Positions 26,234 through 35,239 are shown, numbered from the stretch's first letter. The stretch: DNA of 64,000 bases from Flavobacteriales bacterium (GCA_024643755.1 JAHEMG010000012.1:4574-68573), one strand, 5' to 3'. The notes: generated by a model from the sequence alone, not told the origin. A program made the numbers and translations.

Positions 26234-26784
26234 GGTTTGGCGAAGATAGTCATTGTGGTACTTCCGTATTCTTTTTTCAGCAATTCTTGCTCGGCGAACA
26301 CGAGTTGGGGTTTGTGTTCGATGATGATCCAGCCGTTGGGGGCGAGCAGGGGAAACAGCAATTGGGGGAGTCCTTGTATGTTGGGCATGCCGTAGGGCGG
26401 ATCGGCGAAGATGATGTCAAAGGGGGGGATATCGCCGGTGGCGGGCAGTTTGTTTTTCAGCAGGGTTGACAGCGGTGTGAGGGCGTTGCCGGTGGCGATG
26501 TGCCATTGGGGCAGGTTCCAGTCTTTGGCGATGCCTTTTTGGTGGGCGATGTTTTTTTTGTCGAGGTCGATGCTAAACACGCTTTGTGCTTCGCGGGTAA
26601 GGAATTCCAGGGCGATGATGCCGGAGCCGGAGAAGAGGTCGAGCACGTGGGTATCAGCGATGCCTTTTTGGTGTTCGAGGGAGTTGAACAGCGATTCACG
26701 CACACGGTCTGTGGACGGTCGCACGTGGTTGGCGAAGTGGGTGGGTATGATTCTCCCTTTTAGATGTCCGCCGGTGACACGCAT
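26230..26784 (-). CDS. rsmD: 16S rRNA (guanine966-N2)-methyltransferase
   Basis: Start moved to 26784 (MRVTGGHLKGRII). VLDLFSGSGIIALE SAM motif and FADPPY. The upstream 49-codon extension in the track overlaps the preceding gene. Confidence 0.85.
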   Translation of the reverse strand: MRVTGGHLKGRIIPTHFANHVRPSTDRVRESLFNSLEHQKGIADTHVLDLFSGSGIIALEFLTREAQSVFSIDLDKKNIAHQKGIAKDWNLPQWHIATGNALTPLSTLLKNKLPATGDIPPFDIIFADPPYGMPNIQGLPQLLFPLLAPNGWIIIEHKPQLVFAEQELLKKEYGSTTMTIFAKP

Positions 26785-27491
26785 GAGGCCAATTTGATCA
26801 GTGGGGAAACGATGTGTTGCAGGGGTGCGGGGGTGGTGGCGATCCAGGGTAGTTGGGGCGCGGTGACCTCGGCATGGGGGATAAATTTTTGGAACAGCTG
26901 GGCGGTAGAGGCATGCTGGGTGGCATCGCATAGAACAAACAGGCCAAATTGATGGGGGTTGAGTTTGTTTTCGTGGAAGGGCAGCAGGGCGTAGTACAGG
27001 TGTTCTTGGGTATTGGAGCTGGGGTAGCGGTTGGCGAAGATGAGTTCACCGTTGCGGAAGGCGAAGACGATGGCGGTTTGTTCGTGGAACCAGAGCACGC
27101 TCACGCATTCTTTGTGGTTGGCGTAGGTATTGGCGATGGGGAACAATCCTTCTGCCAGGTGGTGCTGGGCACTATCGGTTGGCAGGGGTTGGGGGTTCAT
27201 CGATGGCTGAAAGGCCAGGGTGATGTGGGCGTTGAGTTTTCGCTTTAGGCAGGACTCGAATCCTGGAATGGGCGCTTCTGCGAAGGCCTGGGGGATGAGT
27301 TGCAGGTTGCCGTGGAGATCAACCCAGGTCACGTTGGTTTGGAGTTGTGCTGGGTGTTTGGTGATCTCATAGCTCAGGGGCTGCTGTTGGGCGTTGAGCG
27401 AGAGGTAATGCACCACATCGTTGTGATACACGCCCAGGATTTGGTTCACGGAGCCGGTGTGTTGGGTTTGGTGTTTCCAGAGCGTATTCAC
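26760..27491 (-). CDS. hypothetical protein (DUF3822-like by position)
   Basis: 243-aa ORF overlapping the rsmD start by 25 nt. I recall a DUF3822-family gene at this position in Bacteroidota; this was not searched. Confidence 0.5.
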   Translation of the reverse strand: MNTLWKHQTQHTGSVNQILGVYHNDVVHYLSLNAQQQPLSYEITKHPAQLQTNVTWVDLHGNLQLIPQAFAEAPIPGFESCLKRKLNAHITLAFQPSMNPQPLPTDSAQHHLAEGLFPIANTYANHKECVSVLWFHEQTAIVFAFRNGELIFANRYPSSNTQEHLYYALLPFHENKLNPHQFGLFVLCDATQHASTAQLFQKFIPHAEVTAPQLPWIATTPAPLQHIVSPLIKLASCVSPADI

Positions 27492-27527
27492 GTCGACAAA
27501 GTTAATTGAATTTGCGGATGGGTGGGG

Positions 27528-30500
27528 TTAGAAATCGGTGCCAACGCTGAGGCGCCAGCGGAACTGCAGGTAATTATCGTTTTGCTGCACGGCGTTGACC
27601 CAAAGGGGGAAGTCGACCCGCAAGTTGATGGGTTTGGCGGCTTTGAGGGCTTTGTTTTTGGTGAGGGCGCCGAAATTGCGTAGGTTGACACTGGCACCGA
27701 ATCCGGCATCGCCCAGTAAACGGGAATAAACGGTGGTGGTCACCAATTGTTGCTGTTCGTTGCGACTGCTGAGGGGCTGTCCAATCATACCCGCATCGCC
27801 AAACAGGTAGGGGTTGATGCCGAGGAGTTTGATTTTGGGGATCCAGCGGAAGTAGGGGGTGAGGTCGAGGGCGACATTGATGCCGATGCCTTGGTTGCCG
27901 CGGAAGAAGGCCAGGGTGGTGTCGTTGCCGTTGGCTTGTTTCACGGTTTTTGGCGCGCTATAGCCACTGAAACCACGGAGGTTGAGGCCGCCATTCACCT
28001 GTAGGACATGGGTTTGAGGGCCACTGTTGAGGTCGTACATCCCATAATCGCGGTACAGGGGTTGTTGTTGGAAGGCGTCTTCGGGGTTGGCGCCGACGAG
28101 GTAGAGGACAGATTCTGGGGTGGGGTTGCTGCCGCCGCCGTAGTAGGCGAGGGTGCGGAATCTGAGGGCGGTTTTGCCCAGGGGTTGAAAGTGTTTCCAT
28201 TCCAGTTGCACGAAGCCGTACTGCGATTGGCTCCAGGGCGATGGCATGCGGATATCGCATCGCACAGAACCGGTTTTGCCCCATCCGGCGTAGCCTTGTT
28301 GCACGAAGAGGTTGAGGTGGGTTTGGCGGATGTTACTCCAGGGGTTGGTGGTGGGCAGGAAGCCATCGAGGAGGGGTTGTTCCGGGGCGATGGGTGTTTG
28401 GTGTAGGCGCAGCATCGATTTGCCATAAAGGCCGTAATCGGTACGTCCTACGCGGTTGAACCAGCCCATTTCGTGGGTATTGATTTCGTTATACAGGAAG
28501 GATTGGTAGTAGTAGGTGCCACCCCCGCGGGTTTGGTGTTTGAATTCGGCTTGGTATTGGAGTTTTTGGGTGGGGGTGTAGCGTTCTTGCCAGCCCGGGG
28601 CGTACCAGAGACCGAGGTTGAACTGCTTTTTCCGTCCGGCGTACTGTCCGCTCGCTACCGCTCCCAGCAGCACGCCGGAGGCCACGTTATAGCGCACGGC
28701 GGGACGTACGAGTCCTTGATACACACCGAGGTAGTTGGTGTTGGCGCCATTGCCAAGGTCGAGCTGCCACTCGCTCCGCTTTTTCCATATGTTGTTGACG
28801 CGGTTGATATCAGCCAGTCGGCCACTGCGGTCGAGCCATACCTGTTTGACTTTGCCTTGCACCGGCATTTCGATGTCGAAAGTATAGGTAGGACGCAGTT
28901 TGTCCCACCCAATCCAGGGTTTTAGGTTGTATCGGCCGGGTTTTTGGTATTGGGTAACGGGCACGGTGATGGAGTAGAACACGTCGGTGGGTTGTACGGC
29001 GGTGTTGCTGGATCCGGTGCTGTTTGCTGTGGTGGGTTGAATGAGGAAGTCGAGGTCGACCGGCATCACCATTTTACCGCGGCGTTCAAGGGTTACGCGG
29101 TAGTAGTTGCCGGGTCTGAGCGGGGTGATGCGTTTGATGCTATAATCGGCTGCTTTGTTGGTCTGAAACCACTGATCGAAGAAGGCATTAAGGTCGGTCT
29201 GTGCACTTTGGATGATCGAATTTCTAAAGTCTTCGATGTAGGGGTGACAGAATTTCCATTGTTCCACGTAGTTTTTCATGGCTTGCAGGAAGACCGAATC
29301 GCCCAGGTAGTATTGGAGGTTGTAGAGCATCGACGCGGTTTTGTAGTAGACGTGTTTGTAGCCGCCCCCATGTCCGGTCGCCGAATGAAAATCGTTGGAG
29401 TGGGTTTCGAGGATTTCATCGGTGCCGTCGATGGCATCTTCCATATAGCCGGCGAAGGCGCGTTTGAGTTCGGGTTGGGATTCGCGGGTGAGTTTGCGCA
29501 TGCACCAGGCGGTGAGGAATTGGGTGAATCCTTCATCGAGCGCGGCGCGATAGGTTTCGTTGGAGCCGACCATGCCGAAGAACCAATTGTGTCCGACTTC
29601 ATGGGCGATCAAGCTTTGGTGGCTGGGGTAGTATCCGCCATCGAGGGTGATCATGGGGTATTCCATGCCATCGGCGGCGTCGGCGCAGACAATTTTGGGG
29701 TAGTTATACATACCAAAATCGCGGCTATAGGTGGCGATGACTTTGGCGGTGAAGGCGGCTGTTTGTTGCCATCCGGCGGCGTTGTTTTCTTGGGCGATGG
29801 CTACGCATTGCACGCCGTTCCAGGTGGTTTCTCCGATGCGGTAGGTTGGGTCGGCGGTCCAGGCGAAATCGTGGACATTCACGGCTTGGTATCGCCAGGT
29901 TTTGAAGGTGCCATTGGCGGGGATGATGACAGAGGGTTGTGTGCCGATGGGTTTGTCTTTGAAGTTGGCGATATCGAGTTGTTTTCTCAGGGCGTTGGGC
30001 AGTACCTCGTCTTTGTTGGTGAGGGTGCCGGTGGCTTCGGGGATGTAGTGGTTGGGGAGGGTGAGGGCGATATCGAACTGGCCGAAGTCGCCATAGAATT
30101 CCTTTTCCACGTGTTGGTCGGTCTCCCAGGTAAATTTGCGGTCGTAGACGCAGATGCGGGGGTACCAATGCACGCCGTTGAAGTGTTTGTAACCGTGGTG
30201 GTCGTACACTTTCATTCTTCTGCGGATGCTACCGCGGTCGAAGTAGGTGGTAAAATCGATATGAAAGGCGATGGAATCGCCGGGTTTCAGTGGTTTGGGC
30301 AGTTTGATTTTGAGGAGGGTATTTTGGATTTCGAAGGGGGTGCTGGTGGTCTCGTATGGGGGTTCTTCCTGGATGGGTTTTTCTTCGGGGTTGATTTGGA
30401 TGCGGTGGATAACGGTACCGAGTTTTTGGGCTTCGTATTTGCCGTATTTTACTTTGGTGCGGTTTTTTTTGTAGAGTTCATCGGTGAGGGAGCCGGGTTG

Positions 30501-30779
30501 CACGGCATTTTGGTAGAGGTGGAAATAGGCCTCGGTGAGGGTGTTGGGGGAGTTGTTGGTATAGACGAGGGTTTCTTGTCCGTTTATCAGCTCATCTTGG
30601 TCGTTCAGTATCGCATTAATCGTATAATGCACATCTTGTTGCCAGTAGCCCTCGTAGGGTTTTTTGTTTTTCCAGTAGTGTGGGTTGCTGGGTGATTGGT
30701 AGGCGTTGGATTGAGCGAGCGTGGTGGGGATGGCAATGAGCCATGACAGTGCGATGCAGAGGATGCGTGCCGTTGACAT
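27528..30779 (-). CDS. M1-family (gluzincin) metallopeptidase fused to a C-terminal predicted beta-barrel domain
   Basis: Signal peptide MSTARILCIALSWLIAIPTTLAQ. DGMEYPM (GxMEN-like). HEVGH (29589..29603) followed by an X18 spacer and then E (HEVGHNWFFGMVGSNETYRAALDE). The C-terminal ~430 aa are Gly/aromatic-rich and end in LSVGTDF. 1083 aa. Confidence 0.85.
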   Translation of the reverse strand: MSTARILCIALSWLIAIPTTLAQSNAYQSPSNPHYWKNKKPYEGYWQQDVHYTINAILNDQDELINGQETLVYTNNSPNTLTEAYFHLYQNAVQPGSLTDELYKKNRTKVKYGKYEAQKLGTVIHRIQINPEEKPIQEEPPYETTSTPFEIQNTLLKIKLPKPLKPGDSIAFHIDFTTYFDRGSIRRRMKVYDHHGYKHFNGVHWYPRICVYDRKFTWETDQHVEKEFYGDFGQFDIALTLPNHYIPEATGTLTNKDEVLPNALRKQLDIANFKDKPIGTQPSVIIPANGTFKTWRYQAVNVHDFAWTADPTYRIGETTWNGVQCVAIAQENNAAGWQQTAAFTAKVIATYSRDFGMYNYPKIVCADAADGMEYPMITLDGGYYPSHQSLIAHEVGHNWFFGMVGSNETYRAALDEGFTQFLTAWCMRKLTRESQPELKRAFAGYMEDAIDGTDEILETHSNDFHSATGHGGGYKHVYYKTASMLYNLQYYLGDSVFLQAMKNYVEQWKFCHPYIEDFRNSIIQSAQTDLNAFFDQWFQTNKAADYSIKRITPLRPGNYYRVTLERRGKMVMPVDLDFLIQPTTANSTGSSNTAVQPTDVFYSITVPVTQYQKPGRYNLKPWIGWDKLRPTYTFDIEMPVQGKVKQVWLDRSGRLADINRVNNIWKKRSEWQLDLGNGANTNYLGVYQGLVRPAVRYNVASGVLLGAVASGQYAGRKKQFNLGLWYAPGWQERYTPTQKLQYQAEFKHQTRGGGTYYYQSFLYNEINTHEMGWFNRVGRTDYGLYGKSMLRLHQTPIAPEQPLLDGFLPTTNPWSNIRQTHLNLFVQQGYAGWGKTGSVRCDIRMPSPWSQSQYGFVQLEWKHFQPLGKTALRFRTLAYYGGGSNPTPESVLYLVGANPEDAFQQQPLYRDYGMYDLNSGPQTHVLQVNGGLNLRGFSGYSAPKTVKQANGNDTTLAFFRGNQGIGINVALDLTPYFRWIPKIKLLGINPYLFGDAGMIGQPLSSRNEQQQLVTTTVYSRLLGDAGFGASVNLRNFGALTKNKALKAAKPINLRVDFPLWVNAVQQNDNYLQFRWRLSVGTDF

Positions 30780-30783
30780 AGAA

Positions 30784-30791
30784 CGAAGTTA
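30784..30791 (-). promoter_or_regulatory. -7-like promoter box (TAACTTCG on minus strand) for the M1 peptidase gene
   Basis: TAnnTTcG variant, 4 nt before the ATG (30779..30777). Confidence 0.35.
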
Positions 30792-30819
30792 GGGATAGAA
30801 AGGTAGATGTGTGGGGTAG

Positions 30820-30856
30820 AAAACAAAAAAGGCCACCGGATGGTGGCCTTTTTTGT
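30820..30856 (-). terminator. intrinsic terminator downstream of the OmpA-family gene
   Basis: Hairpin: AAAAAAGGCCACC (30825..30837), GGAT loop, GGTGGCCTTTTTT (30842..30854). T-runs follow the stem on either strand. Confidence 0.8.
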
Positions 30857-30873
30857 TCTATGCAAGGGGTTTC

Positions 30874-32505
30874 TTAGTAGCTCAATTTGAAGTCTACGCG
30901 ACGGTTTTTCGCTTTACCTGCAGGGGTAGCGTTGTCGGCGATAGGCATTTCTTGACCGTATCCTACGGCTGTCATGCGGGCTTCAGCAACACCACCGGCG
31001 GCTAAGTAACGCTTAACGGCAGTAGCACGCTCTTGGCTCAAGGTTTTGTTGGCTTCAGGGGTACCGTTGTTATCGGTATGTCCTTGAATTTCCACGCTAG
31101 CACCAGGGTAGGTATTCAACAAGGTAGCCAAGTCATCCAAGCTCTTGAAAGAACTTGCGGTGATCACGGCTTTGCCGTTTTCGAAGTTGATGCCTTTGGC
31201 GGCCAAGTTAATTTTGGTGATTACTTCTTTCTTGATTTCAGGGCAACCTTTGCTAGCAACTGTTCCGGCTACATCAGGACACTTATCGATGTTGTTGTAA
31301 ACGCCATCGCCATCAGTATCGGGGCAACCTTCACCTGCGATTGCGCCGGCAACGTTAGGACATTTGTCTTTACGGTCTTCTACGCCATCACCATCGGTGT
31401 CGGGACATCCGCCGAAGGCAGCTGAACCGGCAACTGTAGGACAACCATCTTCTTTGTCTGACACGCCATCACCATCGGTGTCGGGGCAGCCATTGAATTT
31501 GGCGATACCGGCAGTGTTAGGACAAGCATCCACTTTGTCTTGGATACCATCACCATCAGAGTCGGGGCAACCGTTGAATTCTTTTGGACCGGCAACATCA
31601 GGACACTTATCGTCGGCGTCAAGGATTCCGTCTTTGTCGGTATCGGCAGGACAACCTACGCTATCCACGTAGCGGCGGTATTTGGGTTCGGTGTTTTTAC
31701 ACAAATCGTATTTGTCTGGAACACCATCTTCGTCTTTGTCTTTGACACGTTTAGCACCTGAACCAGTTCCTTCACCAATAGCCATTGTAAGGGCGAAAGA
31801 GTGCATGGCATACATATCGTTTGTGCGCCACAACTGGTGCTTGTAGATATTGTGTACTGGATCTGGGTAAGATTGAGTAGCACCATCCCAGATATCAGAC
31901 ATGGTGTAGGTAGCGGTATAGCTGTAACGCAAGCCAATTCTTTCGGTGATGTAGAAGTTGATACCGAAGGCACCTTGAAGGGCAGCATTCACCTCGGTGA
32001 TGGCTGGCTTCTTGGTAAGGTCGTAGTACACTTCATCTTGTACGTAGGGATCTGGTCCCCAAGTGATTTTGCTATGGGCATAAAATCCACCCACACCGGC
32101 TTGGAAGTAGGGGGCGATTTTGGCATCTTCAGAGAGGATGCTACCGTTGTTCAGTTTGAAACGGGCACCAACGGTAAGGTCGGCCAGGTTTGCACGGAAC
32201 GATTGGTACATGTATTCGGGACGGAGGTTCCAACCTTCCCATTTACGTGCATATCCAACATCTCCGGTAGAGAAATTGGCTACGAGGTCGATGGCTGGGT
32301 TTAGGTAGTAACCAAAATTTACTTGAACGGCTTGGTAGTCGGGACGACGGGCAAAACCCAACGAAGAACCGAGGTCGCCCATATATTCATGGATACCGCC
32401 ACCGATTTCTAGGGAGTGGGATCCGGGCGATTGGGCTTGAGCAGGCACGGCGAGTAAGGTTGCCACAGCTGCAAAAACGGTTGATTTAAAGTAGTTTTTT
32501 TGCAT
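30874..32505 (-). CDS. OmpA-family outer membrane protein with thrombospondin type-3 calcium-binding repeats
   Basis: Signal peptide, then an N-terminal beta-barrel. Central CPDTDGDGV repeats. C-terminal OmpA domain (IQGHTDNNGTPEANKTLSQERATAVKRYL, NRRVDFKL). Confidence 0.9.
   Translation of the reverse strand: MQKNYFKSTVFAAVATLLAVPAQAQSPGSHSLEIGGGIHEYMGDLGSSLGFARRPDYQAVQVNFGYYLNPAIDLVANFSTGDVGYARKWEGWNLRPEYMYQSFRANLADLTVGARFKLNNGSILSEDAKIAPYFQAGVGGFYAHSKITWGPDPYVQDEVYYDLTKKPAITEVNAALQGAFGINFYITERIGLRYSYTATYTMSDIWDGATQSYPDPVHNIYKHQLWRTNDMYAMHSFALTMAIGEGTGSGAKRVKDKDEDGVPDKYDLCKNTEPKYRRYVDSVGCPADTDKDGILDADDKCPDVAGPKEFNGCPDSDGDGIQDKVDACPNTAGIAKFNGCPDTDGDGVSDKEDGCPTVAGSAAFGGCPDTDGDGVEDRKDKCPNVAGAIAGEGCPDTDGDGVYNNIDKCPDVAGTVASKGCPEIKKEVITKINLAAKGINFENGKAVITASSFKSLDDLATLLNTYPGASVEIQGHTDNNGTPEANKTLSQERATAVKRYLAAGGVAEARMTAVGYGQEMPIADNATPAGKAKNRRVDFKLSY
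31240..31743 (-). repeat. in-frame ~81-nt (27-aa) tandem TSP3-like repeats inside the OmpA-family gene
   Basis: About six copies of the pattern GCPDxDGDGxxDxxDKCPxVAG (aa 255-422). The DNA core ACGCCATCACCATCGGTGTCGGG recurs identically in two adjacent units. Confidence 0.85.
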
Positions 32506-32539
32506 AGATATTCCGTTAGAATAGGGTTATAGTAGTTGA

Positions 32540-32547
32540 CAAATATA
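32540..32547 (-). promoter_or_regulatory. -7 promoter box (TATATTTG on minus strand) for the OmpA-family gene
   Basis: Perfect TAnnTTTG, about 34 nt upstream of the ATG at 32505. Confidence 0.4.
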
Positions 32548-32640
32548 GGAAATGAGGGGTTAAAAAAAAGTTTTTTCACAAATTTTACCCATTTTTTATC
32601 GCAACAAAGCGATGGGCTAAAATTTTTTTGTGTGGTGGTT

Positions 32641-33102
32641 TCAGTTATATACCATCAAGGCGTTGCCACTTCGCTGGATTTGGTAGTTGGCAAGTCTTTG
32701 TCGGGCTTCGCCCTCCAGCGGTATTCCGCCGTAGGTAAATTTGGAGCTACAGCAGGGCTGGAAACCGGTGCTGGTGGGGGTTCCGCATCGCAATTGGATG
32801 TTGATGGAATCGGCCCAAATGGTGGAGCAATCGCTCAGGGGTTGGAAGGCGCAACCGCGTTCGAAGGCATACCAAGAATCGTCGTAGTCGTGGATAACGA
32901 TCACGCCTTTCACGCCCCCTTCGAAGTAGGCATGTGTACCGGGATTTGCCAGGTGCATGTAGGCGGGTAGGTTGAGGTCGATGTTGAGGTTCACCGGTCC
33001 TTTGGGAATGGGTTCTGTGCGACTGTTATTGTTGTCGCAGGCCTGCATCAGGGACAGGACACTGGCGGCGGTGATGAGGACGAGGCGGAGGAAGTATCGC
33101 AT
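32641..33102 (-). CDS. Rieske-fold-like lipoprotein lacking the canonical His ligands
   Basis: Lipobox LSLMQAC. WYAFERGCAFQP and PCCSSKF (32737..32757) occupy the positions of the Rieske CxH and CPCHGSxF boxes, but the His residues are replaced (F and C). 153 aa. Confidence 0.5.
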   Translation of the reverse strand: MRYFLRLVLITAASVLSLMQACDNNNSRTEPIPKGPVNLNIDLNLPAYMHLANPGTHAYFEGGVKGVIVIHDYDDSWYAFERGCAFQPLSDCSTIWADSINIQLRCGTPTSTGFQPCCSSKFTYGGIPLEGEARQRLANYQIQRSGNALMVYN

Positions 33103-33114
33103 AGAGAGCCAGAA

Positions 33115-33957
33115 TTACTCGTACTTATAGAAACCTTGTTTGGTTTTTTTGCCATGGTGGCCGGCTTCCACTTTTTGTTGTTGGATGCGGCTGGGGCGGA
33201 ATTTGGCATCGTAATGAAACTGTTGGAACATGGAGCTGGTGACGCTGAAGTTGGTATCGACACCGATAAGGTCCATCAGTTTAAACGGTCCCATTTTGAA
33301 TCCACTGCTTTCAAGGAGGCGGTCGATGGATTCGAGGGGGGCGGTATTTTCTTCGAGGGCTTTGAGACTCTCCACGTAATAGTGTCGGGCCACGCGATTC
33401 ACGATAAACCCGGGGGCATCGGCGGCGTAGACGGTGGTTTTGCCGAGCGATTGCGACCAGTCGAACGCTTTTTGGGCGATTTCTGGTGCGGTGGCAACGC
33501 CTTTGATGACTTCAACGAGCTTCATGATGTGGGCGGGGTTGAAGAAGTGCACGCCTACTACACGTTGGGGGTGTTGGAGGGCGGCGGCGATTTGGGTGAT
33601 GGGGATGCTCGAGGTATTGGTGGCGAAGATGGTATCTGGGGTGTTGATGGTTTCCAGGAAGCCAAAGAGTTCGCGTTTGATGGGCAGTTGTTCAAGTACT
33701 GCTTCGATGATGAAATCGGCGACGAGGGTATTGCGGTCGGGGGTGGTGCTGAGGAGCGACAGTGCCGTTGCGGCTTTTTCCGCGGTGGTTTTGCCTTTGC
33801 TCACGGCCACATCGAGTTGTGCTTGGATGTATGCGTAGCCTTTTTCGAGGGCTGCGGGGTGTACATCGAACAGAACGGTAGGGTATCCAGCTTGGATGCT
33901 ACACAGGGCGATGCCTGATCCCATCACGCCGGCGCCAATGACTGCCACTTTCATCAT
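33115..33957 (-). CDS. 3-hydroxyacyl/3-hydroxybutyryl-CoA dehydrogenase
   Basis: Start moved to 33957 (MMKVAVIGAGVMGSGIA Rossmann motif). ATNTSS and HFFNPA motifs. The track extension overlaps the upstream gene. Confidence 0.9.
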   Translation of the reverse strand: MMKVAVIGAGVMGSGIALCSIQAGYPTVLFDVHPAALEKGYAYIQAQLDVAVSKGKTTAEKAATALSLLSTTPDRNTLVADFIIEAVLEQLPIKRELFGFLETINTPDTIFATNTSSIPITQIAAALQHPQRVVGVHFFNPAHIMKLVEVIKGVATAPEIAQKAFDWSQSLGKTTVYAADAPGFIVNRVARHYYVESLKALEENTAPLESIDRLLESSGFKMGPFKLMDLIGVDTNFSVTSSMFQQFHYDAKFRPSRIQQQKVEAGHHGKKTKQGFYKYE

Positions 33958-33988
33958 AATTTCAAAGTTAGGGAAACGCTGTTGGAAC

Positions 33989-35239
33989 TTAACGTCCTCT
34001 GAGCCAGCTTTGGGGATTTTGTTTTTCTTGTCCGTGCCAAACTTGGAACTGCAGCACGGCTTTGCCATCTTCATCGGTCATGACTTTGCCGATGTGTTGG
34101 TTCATGCGGATCACTTGTCCTTTCTCTACCAACACCACAGACAGGTGGGAGTATACGGTGAAGAAATCGCCATGGTTTACCAGAACGGCCTGACCTTGTC
34201 CGGGTATATTGAGGATGGCGCTCACGGTGCCCTCAAAGACGGCGCTGGCGAGGGATCCTTTGGGCGAGGTGATGTCTACGCCGTTGTTCACGGTGGTGAT
34301 GCCTTCAAGGTCGGGGTGTTCGTGCACGCCGAAGGTTTGTGAAACAAATCCACGTTCCACGGGCCAGGGGAGGTTGCCTTTGTTTTTTGAGAAGGCGCCG
34401 CCGATGGCACGGGCTTGGGGTGAGAGCATATTTTCTTTGCCGGAGTTGCTGTTGTTGCTACCGCCGCGGGATTTGGAGGCGCTGCTGGCGGCCCGGGCTT
34501 TGCGTTTGCGTTCGGCTTCGATTTCTTTGGCGATTAACCGACTGATTTCATTGTTGAGTCGGGCTATGGCTTTTTCGTTATCGCGGATGCGATCGCGGAG
34601 TTCTTCTTCTTTGCCGGAGAGTTCTTTGACCAGGGTTTGTTTGGCTTGTTTGTCGGTTTCAAGCTCTTTGGATTCCTTTTCATTTTCGCCCATCAGCACC
34701 GATTTTTCTTGTTTTACGGATTCGAGTTGGTTGATGGTTTTTCCGAGCGATTGGGCTTGGGCCACGATGGTGCTCATTTGGTGGCGGCGGTATCCGGAGA
34801 TTTTGCGCAGGTATTTCCACCGGCGCATGGCTTGCGAGATGGATTTGGAGGAGAAAACGAAGGCAATTTCACGACCGCTTTTGCGGGTTTTATAGGCCTT
34901 GATGATGGTTTTCTTGAGTTTGAGTTGTTGGGAGGCGTGTTCGCGGGTGAGACTGTCTAGGAACTTCTGTTTTTGGGAGAGTTCGTAGTTCACGGAGCGA
35001 ATTTCCATGCCCAGGTTTTTGATGACCACCTGTCGCTGTTGGATGATTTGGTTCAGCGAATTCAGTTTGTCGAGCGTAACGGTTTTTTCCTTTTGGGTGC
35101 TGCTGAGCGCGCGTTTTTGTTCGGCGATCACGCGTTGCATTTTCTTGCGTTTGGCTTCGAGCTGTTTCCGTGATTGGGCTTCTCCCGCGTTGGGGAAGAG
35201 GGAGGAAATCAGCAGCAATATGAAGGCCAGGATGCGCAA
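33989..35239 (-). CDS. M23 peptidase / murein hydrolase activator (EnvC-like)
   Basis: Signal peptide, ~270-aa coiled coil, and a C-terminal LytM/M23 domain (GVDITSPKGSLASAVFEGTV, VLVNHGDFFTVYSHL). Confidence 0.85.
   Translation of the reverse strand: MRILAFILLLISSLFPNAGEAQSRKQLEAKRKKMQRVIAEQKRALSSTQKEKTVTLDKLNSLNQIIQQRQVVIKNLGMEIRSVNYELSQKQKFLDSLTREHASQQLKLKKTIIKAYKTRKSGREIAFVFSSKSISQAMRRWKYLRKISGYRRHQMSTIVAQAQSLGKTINQLESVKQEKSVLMGENEKESKELETDKQAKQTLVKELSGKEEELRDRIRDNEKAIARLNNEISRLIAKEIEAERKRKARAASSASKSRGGSNNSNSGKENMLSPQARAIGGAFSKNKGNLPWPVERGFVSQTFGVHEHPDLEGITTVNNGVDITSPKGSLASAVFEGTVSAILNIPGQGQAVLVNHGDFFTVYSHLSVVLVEKGQVIRMNQHIGKVMTDEDGKAVLQFQVWHGQEKQNPQSWLRGR

Noticed and set aside
28944-30695. 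583-aa plus-strand ORF (Gly/Val/Glu-rich)
   Set aside because: It is antisense to, and in the same triplet phase as, the M1 peptidase gene, which has a signal peptide and a full HEXXH-X18-E site. Its composition is that of a mirror frame and it has no recognisable motif.
31240-31743. Regularly spaced ~81-nt repeats, considered as a possible CRISPR-like or non-coding tandem array
   Set aside because: The repeats are in frame inside the OmpA-family gene and encode thrombospondin type-3 Ca-binding units (CPDTDGDG). They have no unique spacers.
32585-32630. Possible terminator hairpin downstream of the Rieske-like gene (CCCATCGC...GCGAT...GGG)
   Set aside because: The stem is interrupted by an A6 bulge and is short, so it is not convincing as an intrinsic terminator.
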